Shown here in pieces: positions 36,601 to 46,220 of a stretch of DNA of 64,000 nt (position 1 is its first letter; every line of letters starts with the position of its first letter). A program made the position numbers and the translations under genes. Source of the stretch: Antedon mediterranea. Its lineage: Eukaryota; Animalia; Echinodermata. The notes below the pieces were generated by a model that made no database searches, was not told the origin of the DNA, and worked only from the letters and a program-made list of their open reading frames with translations. The stretch is taken from contig NC_092670.1 in assembly GCF_964355755.1 (NCBI RefSeq), positions 35,204,388 through 35,268,387 on the forward strand. Direction: 5' to 3'.

Positions 36601-39172
36601 CGCTATGTATGCATAGTTTAAATAGTTTAGAAGATTAATTTCTTCAAGCAACTTCCGTGGCGCAACGGTTGAAGCGTTGTCTTGCGATGGAGTGACAATT
36701 CCACCCGAGTTCAAGATCGAGTTGATGACTTTTGTTTATTTATCGGCAACCCGAGTGTTGGCACACGAAAATTACACAGTCAATATCATCGTACTCGAGA
36801 ATCTATATGTTTAATGACAGGGGACACGATAATTACGCGAAAATTACACAGTCAATATCATCGTTCTCGAGGATATATACGATTTACGATCCTCGCAGCG
36901 GTAGTCATGTGATGCAGTTTCAACCAACCACGTTAGCGTATTTACATAGGCTATGTAATATAAAGATATATTACATAGCCTATGTAAATACGCGAACGTG
37001 ATTGGTTGAAACTGCATCACATGACTACCGCTGCGAGGATCGTAAATCGTATATATCCTCGAGAACGATGATATTGACTGTGTAATTTTCGCGTAATTAT
37101 CGTGTCCCCTGTCATTAAACATATAGATTCTCGAGTACGATGATATTGACTGTGTAATTTTCGTGTGCCAACACTCGCGTTGCCGATAAATAAACAAAAG
37201 TCATCTACTCGATCTTGAACTCGGGTGGAATTGTCACTCCATCGCAAGACAACGCTTCAACCGCTGCGCCACGGAATTTGCTTGAAGAAGTTAATCATCT
37301 AAACTATTTAAACTATGCATACATAGCGCCCTCATTTGTTATTAGTCCACCCTAAATGTGATGAAACACCGTTTGTGATTGGTCAATACTCACGGTAGTA
37401 ACCTAGTAACTAGTACGCGCTGAACATCCGGTGATTCGGCTACTCGCGAAGAGATGAAGAAGGCGAATTGTTTATTCGGCCTACCTGATTATAATATTAT
37501 TATTAATAGGCTTATTAATGGAAATTCTTCTGTTAATTTAAATGACCTAGGCCTAAGTGAATATTTTATTGCCAAGGAATCATTAATTAGTAATTATCTG
37601 TATATTATTCTTCGCAAGGTAAGGTGTCTAGGCAGGCTTGTTTAAATACAATACAAATACTAAGGAGGCCTAGCCTAGCTTCACCCAACCCAGCAGACTT
37701 GTTCTTGGCTATATAATATAACAGATATTGCCTTTTATATCGGTTAAATATAAGATTTGACATCCCCACGGGAATGATATTAAGTTCTCGGGGAATATAT
37801 ATTTCCCTCAGCTGGCGCTTCGGGAAATATATATTCCCTCGAACTTAATATCATTCCCTCGGGGATGTCAAATCTTATATTTAACCTCTAAACAGTCAAT
37901 ATCTGTATAATATTGTCCCCCTGAAAAAAAATATTTGTTTTTGTTGAATATGCCATTTTAATGTCACATCAAAGTTCGATCAAAATACTTCGACCAAAAA
38001 TTGTTTTACCTGTAATTTAAAACCAAAAATAGCAGTCAATGGTTTTTGGTTAAATTTAACTGTATATTTTGTCTTTTTATAATTGAAATCATTATCTTTG
38101 TTCGTGTTTTTTTTTTTTATAGAAGTGAATACATATGCAAAATGGTCTATTCAAAGTCTGATTTCATAAATCTTTATTTTTTCATGATTTTTGGGAGAAA
38201 ATACATCTTTAAAGTCTTTTGATGTCATGTGCAACAGCTGAAGACCAGGTGCTCTAATTCATGAATTATAATTATTGATGATCTATAACTTTTCTATATA
38301 TCACAATTAAATTACGATGTCTTTCTGATAAGCTATAGGCCTACTTACATCTTGAGCACGTGCATTTTTTGATACCATCCACTTTTTCTTCGAGTTCTTC
38401 CAATTGATTGAGAACTGGATTCAACTGCTCTTGTTGCTGTTGTGCCAAATTGCCAATCAGATCTTCCAGTTTATCTACTACTGCAGCTAAGCGGGTGACT
38501 TCACCTTCGAGATCTCGTTCGTCGTCAAAAAGCACATCCAAGAACTTGTCAATGGCCGCGATGAATTTGTTTTTGGGTTCACATGTTAGTACATCAGACG
38601 ACGGCCCTTCCTGTGCCTGAAAGTTTTAGGATAGTAGGCATATATTAATAATCCCAAGGCTAATTTTCACTGACGATCGGTAACTGTAATACACATTTTT
38701 GACCATTTACACACAACGCTCAGGATAGATACAGATTATATCTTAATGCCAATTTACACTGATTTCTAGGCCAATTTACATTGACGATCGGTAACGGTAG
38801 TAACAATATTGAGTCTATGTCAATCTTTATGACCATTACACACTTACCGCTCATCTGTGTAAATTGGCATTTAAAATGACGTACAAGTAACCAAATATTG
38901 AAAACGTATCGCGACAAGACACAACGGCCTATTGGAAACGGAAAAAACTTACAACATAGAAATGGTAATAAGAGATGATATTTTAAATCTTAAAGGGTGA
39001 GATCATACAAATGATATTTTTTAACGAAATAAATCAGGGACAAGAATGTCCTTTAAAAAAGGGAAAAAAGTAAGAACAAAGAAAAGAGAGCGACAGGATT
39101 ATGTTGAAATGTGAAATTTGACAGTACCTGAATTGTTGTCAAATACAGCACGAACAATACCTTCGTAATCAT
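33699..39172 (-). CDS. Secreted coiled coil-Link module protein L2, 200 aa. Exons 39172-39128, 38616-38349, 33988-33699
   Basis: MITKVLFVLYLTTIQ|AQEGPSSDVLTCEPKNKFIAAIDKFLDVLFDDERDLEGEVTRLAAVVDKLEDLIGNL...LEELEEKVDGIKKCTCSR|YPDRVFHVAEGRYTLNF...CAAGWLSDGSVQYPITMPR...YNVYCFRN*. Canonical splice sites, same phases as L1. Confidence 0.88.
34121..37912. mobile_element. Four copies of a ~940-bp non-coding foldback element (TTATACAG...CTATGTAA, TA-flanked): three tandem (34121-35066, 35067-36008, 36009-36960) and one inverted (36969-37912)
   Basis: Near-identical units visible directly, with junctions ctatgtaa-TA-ttatacag. Each unit starts with an internal hairpin of ~70-bp arms around gaagcgccagctga. 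Confidence 0.9.
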
Positions 39173-40323
39173 TGTGCAGTTCTTGGTAGCTGAGTATAGT
39201 AAAAATGGAATTAAATTAGTTTAGTGCTCTTAAATAGTAGGCATTCCACACCTTACTAAAATCTATCCGGTTGTATGCATCCGGACTAGGGAAGGGTAAA
39301 TTGTAATTGTTCACTCTATGAAAATACGAACACTTTAATCTCTATAACTCAACGGTGTTGTAGGGAAACGTGGAACGTACATACATCAGAAGAGAGTACT
39401 TGAGAATTGAAGAAAGAGCAATGATCAGAAATATATTACCAGAAAGAATATTCTGAACTCATGAAAATGTCAATGATGTCGTAAGAAAACAACGTTAGAG
39501 TTGGAATGAGAAAATGAGGGAACACATTGATCATATCCTACTTGAATATTGATTGTTTTGTGATTCTTTTTTATTTTAAACTTTTTATATATTTAATATA
39601 TTTAAATAACAATTTTGTATATAGGTTGTTTATACTTTTTTGTTAAATCTTGTAAATATACGATAGACTATATTGTAATTTCTAATGATTTTTTTTAGTA
39701 TTTTAATGTATGTTTATTTTGTTGAATTTTATTCTCTGAGACAAAGTAACCGGCCCGTGGGTCAAAGTTTTTTTTTAAAATGTGGTTATTTATATACGTG
39801 CCTTCTCGGATTTTGTATTTTTATGGATAATAAAGAAATTAAATGAAATCGAAAAATAATGAACAAAGGTAATCCCGGATTTCCAATACTTATAAATTAT
39901 AGAAAGTACATTCAGTGTGTATTGATTAAGGTCATCAAACTTGGCCAATGTCTCTCGAGTTTTTTTTCTCTCGACCTTTTCGCGTCTGTTCTAGTTACCA
40001 GGAATCTTCCCTGGATATACTGTAGGCCTACATACTGTACTGTTTTTTAGATTATATTGACCAATACCGTGTTTTGTGCCGAAGTGAAAAACATGTACAC
40101 TTGTAGGCCTATTTATCTATTTTTTTAACATCTTTGTTTCTGCATGCCCAACATCTCGTCTCGTCCAATTCTCTGAAATGATGCATTTTCATGTCACGAA
40201 TGACTTTATGTGTACTGTATTTTCTCATTGCTATTTGTGTAGCCTAATGAAGAAACTAAATGTTGAATTGAATTGGACGGTGGTCAATACATGTTTGTTT
40301 GGCTTTTTGGAAATCCAGCATAT

Positions 40324-41010
40324 CAAAAAACTTATAACACAAGAATCTCCTGTTCGTCCGTGTAACATTTTCGAAATGCATTGTAGGATAGAATAGAGCT
40401 ACTGGATGGCGCCATTGTGAGCCATGGAGTAGTGCGCCCTCATGAAATTAGAAAGTCAAAATATTTGCTATACTGTAGAGGAGATAGGATAATTGACATA
40501 ACAGGGCATAAAAAAGCTCTAAAAAAACAGGAATGATAATCTAAATTTACAATTTTCATTTATGCTAAGGATACAAATATGTAGTTTGCAGATTTTATGC
40601 AATATTTTGTTCTAATATTTTCTTTAAGTTTTTTAAAATAATATTTTAATAGTTATTATGCCTATTAGGCCTATTTGATTGAATTAAGTGTTTTCAAATA
40701 CTATAATAATGCAAAACTACTTTGATTGACTAGTTTATTTTTGTAATTGATCATCATAGAGAAATCGTATATTTTTAGTTTTGAAAAGCATGAATTTTAC
40801 TATATTTTGTATTAATAACGGAATATTCATGTAAAGAGACCTGAGCCCTCTATAGTAATTAATAGTTTTCCCTTTCTAGTTTGGAGAGGGCGCCGCTCCA
40901 TGATGTGAAATGGCGTAGCCCAGTTTTGACCTTTTAACCCTGTACTTCCGATACCATTTTTTGAATGGGCATCGGACGAACAGGAGATTCTTGTGTTATA
41001 TGTTTTTTTG
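40324..41010. mobile_element. TIR element inserted in the L3 Link exon, apparent 5-bp TSD (CATAT/CGTAT)
   Basis: TIR CAAAAAACTTATAACACAAGAATCTCCTGTTCGTCCG / CGGACGAACAGGAGATTCTTGTGTTATATGTTTTTTTG. The flanks rejoin to the paralog sequence cagcgtatagcgaccc. Confidence 0.8.
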
Positions 41011-41241
41011 CGTATACCGACCCTCCGCCACATAGAACACTCGACCAGGGACTGCAATAAAAGACAACACAATAATTATAGCCTACTATTGTTGTAGATG
41101 ATCTAGTATAGGCTAATGACCGTTGTCAAGTTGATGCAGGAGAAATTTTATCATGTCATATCATGTCGACTCATGTCATGTGCAGGATTTATTTCATGTG
41201 CACGATTTATTTCATGTGCACGTCATCATGTCGTTTTCTAT

Positions 41242-41627
41242 GTACGAGTGATGTCCTGTCGTGTGAACGCGTCATTTCATTGTGCACGTACGAGTGATGT
41301 CCTGTCGTGTGAACGCGACATTTCATTGTGCACGTACGAGTGATGTCCATGTCCTGTCGTGTGAACGCGACATTTCATTGTGCACGTACGAGTAATGTCT
41401 TGTCGCGTGAACGAGTCGTTTCATTGTGCACGTACGAGTGATCTCCTGTCGTGTGAACGCGTCATTTCATTGTGCACGTACGAGTGATGTCCTGTCGTGT
41501 GAACGAGTCATTTCATTGTGCACGTACGAGTGATGTCCTGTCGTGTGAACGCCTCATTGCATTGTGCACATACGAGTGATGTCCTGTCGTCTGAACGAGC
41601 CAATTCATTGTGCACGTACGAGTGATG
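41242..41627. repeat. 46-bp minisatellite, ~8 units
   Basis: Unit gtacgagtgatgtcctgtcgtgtgaacgcgtcatttcattgtgcac repeated head-to-tail with no unique spacers. Confidence 0.9.
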
Positions 41628-43401
41628 TAATTATACACGAATCATGTCATCCATGACTCATGTCATGTTCACGAGGCACGTTACTTTGAAATGAATTTTT
41701 AGAAATACAAACTTTATTTTAAACATAGAATTAATTACACTGAAATTATAGACTATACTTTCTACACAACCAAAAATATATGCGCCGTATATGGGGAAAT
41801 TACCATCAACCAAACCAAATACACAGCAAAATGTCATAAGTCGTCCAAGCGATTAAGATATGCAATCACGGTCTTTACAAAAATTTCAGATTTTGTTACT
41901 GTTGCTGATTTTATTTCTTATTCCTTCCTTAACCACGCACATTTTCAATGGTGACAAGGTATGTTTATAGGCAATTAAATGGTATGTGTGGTTCTCAAAA
42001 CCATTCTGCACGAAGTTCGTTCGATGGATTGATATGTTCACGTTGCCAGTGTAAACTTTCAAGTAATTTGTTATCGAAATCCGGAAGTTTTCTTTACTTC
42101 TTGCCTTCCATACCTACGGTGTCATATTATAGGATGGCTCTCGTCGTTGAGAATGATTTGCATTTTTAGATGACATGTGGCCAACCACCCGTATTCACAA
42201 ACAGGTATTTGCGATATATTGGACATGTGACGTCATCCACCTTTATTCGTTGAGTTCTTTTATTTGGCTAAGCACCAGATCCAACTAATCTTTTTGCTTT
42301 TTTGTCAACTTGTCAATCAGATCTCCCAGCCTATCTACTACTCTACTCCAGCTAAGCGGGTTACCTCAGCGGGTACTTCACCTTGCAGGTCACGTTCGTC
42401 TTCAAAAAGCGCATCCAAGAACTTGTCAATGGCCTTGAAGGTAAATGTAAAATATTTTCATTTGCTGCTGTTGTTGATTTGGCATCGCTTCAACAACATA
42501 TGTGTAGGCTATGTTAGAATGTGATTTCCATACCTGAATTGTTGTCAAACAACACAAAAAGGAATATCTTCGTAATCATTTTTAGGTATTGCTTATAGTT
42601 AGTAGAAAGAGTAAAAATGAACCAAAATGGGTGCAGATGTCTTTATACGAGGCCTAGTAGACCTTAACCAAAATGTATCCTGGTTTGTGTATCCAAAACG
42701 GTGGTGATGTGGGGGTACCGAGAGTAACATACTTCACCCTTCCCTAGAAATCCGAAGTTAATCTTTACGATGTTTAAGCTCTGGCAATGTAAAAGTAGTC
42801 TGAAGTAGTCAGATCGCGCGCAGTTTGTAGAACCTAAAAAACTAAATGATTTAAGACGTTTCAATTATTTTAAAGAGGACTATCCAATTCTGATCCGAGT
42901 TAGCAGTTAAACCATTAAAAAAATATTTCTTACAAAAAGCCGCTCGACTCATTGAAAGTTTAATTTTTTGTTCTTCCTTCATTAAATGATGCTTTTATTG
43001 ATATTATAAGTTAATTAGTTAAAATGCTCGATTTGGATACGTCGTTCGTGTAATGTGCTTGGACCTGTCACACCAAAAATCGGAACGGCAGACCAGTTTT
43101 GGCTGCCAAAATCTGTTCGAAATCTCACGTTACTTAAACAGCAGATGTTTGAATAGATAGACATGATTCCGTTTTCTGGACTGTAACTGCTTAAAGGCGC
43201 GGTGCGGAAAATAATATCCATAACACTATGGCCAACATTTTAGTATTTTTCTCGAAAAGTGATTTAAAAAAAAGCTAAATAAACCGTTAAGCTCAGAAAA
43301 CGTTTTATTAAACAAGATACACTAATGTTAATTTGAAAAGACAAAAGTTAGTGAAATCCCCATAAGAGGATAATACTAAATAGGCATTATTACGTGCTGA
43401 A

Positions 43402-45060
43402 TTAATTTCGGAAGCAATAAACATCGTATGTGTTGGAATGATCTGGTTTCCCCCAGGTTCGAAGCCCAGATGGTATGTTTTCTCCGCATCCACGTCGTGG
43501 CATTGTGATGGGGTATTGAACGCTACCGTCTGACAACCATCCAGCTGCACACACGTCCAAACCAAATGTATGAGCGGCTTTAAGCTGAGCAGGAGTGGCG
43601 ATGACAGCGTCACGGTCAATACACGCTTGTTTGGCTTTTTGGAAATTCAGCGTATAGCGACCCTCCGCCACATAGAACACTCGATCAGGGTCTGTAATAA
43701 AAGACAACACAACACATTATACTATTGTCAGATGCCTAGCATCAAGGAGGTCCGTGTTTGAATAAGGGCCACGGTTTGTATAAAAGAACTATTTGTATAT
43801 GTAAGTATAAAGCTATATTTTCCCCTTGAAAAATGTTGTTGTTGTTGTTGAACATGCCATTTTAATGTCTCATTATAGTTATTCATTTCGACCAAAAATT
43901 GTTTTACCTGAACACAACTGTTTTTTAAAAACAAAAAGTAGTTAAATTGTCTGTCAGACAATGGTGGTTGGTTAAATTTTTAGTAACTGTTTATTTTGTC
44001 TTTTTATTAGTGAAATCATTGTTCTTTTTCGTTTTTTATCTTTTAAATTAATAACTTCATTAAAACTGCAAAATGGCCTATTCAAAGTTTTTCATGATTT
44101 TGGAGATACTACATCTTTATTAAAGTCTATTGATGTCATGTGCAGCAGCCGAAGACATAGGCGCTCTAATTCATGAATTATAATATTGATAATCTACAAA
44201 TTATCGATATATCACAATTAATAAGATTCCGATATAAGCTATTGTACTTACATCTTGAGCACGTGCATTTCTTGATGTCATCCACCTTTTCTTCGAGTTC
44301 TTCCAATTGATTCAGAACTGGATTTAACTGATCTTGTTGTTGTGCTAAATTGCCAATTAGATCTTCCAGCTTATCTACTACTCCAGCTAAGCGGGTTACT
44401 TCACCTTGCAGGTCACGTTCGTCGTCAAAAAGCACACCCAACTTGTCAATGGCCGCGATGAATTTGTTTTTGGCTTCACCTGTTAGTACATCAGACGACG
44501 GCCCTTCCTGTGCCTGAAAGTTTTAGGATAGTAGGCATATTAATAATCCTAAGGCTAATTTTCACTGACGATCGGTAACGGTAATACACATTTTTGACCA
44601 TTTACAAACCGCTCAGGATAGATACAGATTTTATCTTAAGGCCAATTTACACTGATTTCTAGGCCAATTTTCATTGACGATCGGTAATGGTAGTAACAAT
44701 ATTGAATCTTTGTCAATCTTTATGGCCATTACACACATACCGCTCGTCTGTGTAAATTGGCATTTAAAATGACGTACAAGTAGCCAAATATTAAAACCGT
44801 ATCGCGACAAGACACAACGGCCTATTGGAAACGGAAAAAATTACAACATAGAAATGGTAATAAGAGATGATCTTTTAAATCTCAAAGGGTGAGATCATAC
44901 AAATGACATTTTACGAAATAAATCAGGGTCAAGAATGTCCTTTAAAAAGGAAAAAAAAAAAGAACAAAGAAATGAGAGCGACAGGATTATGTTAAAATTT
45001 GAAATTGGACAATACCTGAATTGTTGTCAAACACAGCACGAACAATATCTTCATAATCAT
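43402..45060 (-). CDS. Secreted coiled coil-Link module protein L4, 198 aa. Exons 45060-45016, 44513-44252, 43691-43402
   Basis: MIMKILFVLCLTTIQ|AQEGPSSDVLTGEAKNKFIAAIDKLGVLFDDERDLQGEV...CTCSR|YPDRVFYVAEGRY...YDVYCFRN*. Two in-frame 3-nt deletions relative to L2 and no stops. Confidence 0.86.
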
Positions 45061-46017
45061 TGTGCAGTTCTTGATATAGTTGAATATAGTGAAAATGGAA
45101 TAAAATTGGTTTAGTGCTCTTAAATATTAGGCATACCACACCTTACTAAAACTTATCCGACTTTTAAAACGAATGAAGTGTAAATTGTAATTGTTTACTC
45201 TTCCACATTGACCATATCCTACCTGAATATTGATTGATTTGTGATTTCTTTTTTATTTTAAACTTTTTATATATTTAATATATTTAAATAACAATTTTGT
45301 ATATATATATTTTAATGTATATTTATTTTGTTGAATTTTATTCTCTGAGACAAAGTAACCGGCCCGTGGGTCAAAGTTTTTTTTTTTAAATGTGGTTATT
45401 TATATATTTGCCTTCTCGGATTTTGTATAAAGATATGAAATGAAATCGAAAAACAAAGAACAAAGGTAATCCCGGATTTCCAATCCTTATAAATTATAGA
45501 AAGTACATTCAGTGTGCATTGATTAAGGTCATCAAACTTTTGCCAATGTCTTTCGTTTTTTTTAGACCTTTTCGCGTCTGTTCTTGTTTAGGTGTACCAG
45601 GAATACCACTTTTCCCTGGGTACAGTGTACTGTTTTTAGAGTCGCAAAATAAATATATTCTTTATCCATTCAGTAACGAAATATTAATTGTTTTCATGTT
45701 TTACAAATAATATACCACTAAACACAGTAAAATCCTGCGATTTAATAATTTGTTAAAACTGTCACCATCATTATAGTCGATTGGAATAGTAGGCCTACAG
45801 TACATTTAACGATACACAACTATGACGTTTATATTTTTAAATAAAAGTAGGCCCTATTAATTAATACAAACATTGAGAAGCAACTGTCAGTAATAAAGTT
45901 TATTTGTATATTTATATAATGCAAAACAGTTTGTGAAAAACACCTATTCTAACACCCCATCTATTCGGGGCAAATCGTAAATGATTTTGTGAATGAAAAT
46001 AAAGAAATAATGTAAGG

Positions 46018-46220
46018 TCTTGCTATAGTTAGTAGAAAAAATGAAAATGATCCAAAATGGGTGTAAATGTCTTATATACGAGGCCAAAATGTATACAGGT
46101 TTGTGTATCCGAAACGGTACTTCACCCTTCCATGGGTTTACGATGTTTAAGCTCTGAAAATGTAAATGTATCGTCTCCATTGCCCATCCAACCATGGCCC
46201 TCTTCAGGTCGCGCGTAGTA
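46018..46220 (-). pseudogene. Remnant of a further family unit (upstream region homologous to that of L3)
   Basis: ttgctatagttagtagaaa...aaaatgggtg..aatgtctt.tatacgaggcc...tttgtgtatcc...acttcacccttcc...tttacgatgtttaagctctg matches ~42588-42825. No intact coding exon follows. Confidence 0.55.

Larger units (their letters stand above)
40270..42579 (-). pseudogene. Coiled coil-Link pseudogene L3
   Basis: Exon 1 (42579-42534) is 46 nt, a frameshift relative to the 45-nt L2/L4 exon. The coiled-coil exon remnant ~42220-42435 has indels and internal duplications. The Link exon starts ~41051, is split by a MITE (40324-41010) and is truncated near 40270. Confidence 0.8.
32880..45640. repeat. Local segmental duplication: ~32880-34120 plus ~37913-40050 is paralogous to ~42845-45640 (L2 and L4 gene units)
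   Basis: Introns and flanks align, e.g. tgatttaagacgtttcaat...ggactatccaattctgatccgagtt at 32885 and 42847, and ctgagacaaagtaaccggcccgtgggtcaaag at 39735 and 45345. The MITE at 33060-33235 and the 3.8-kb insertion occur only in the L2 copy. Confidence 0.9.

Noticed and set aside
34185-37645. Repeated 63-117 aa ORFs (MFIYRQ..., MIRLLEDR..., MSRQACL...)
   Set aside because: They recur only because the DNA unit is repeated. Most start at non-ATG codons, frames shift between copies, and no domain is recognisable.
41242-41627. Regular repeat array resembling a CRISPR
   Set aside because: Units are contiguous with no unique spacers, there are no cas genes, and the context is eukaryotic. It is a minisatellite.
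30260-45060. One large aggrecan/HAPLN-like gene with several Link modules
   Set aside because: Each intact Link exon ends in a stop codon and has its own signal-peptide exon and coiled-coil exon, so these are separate small genes.
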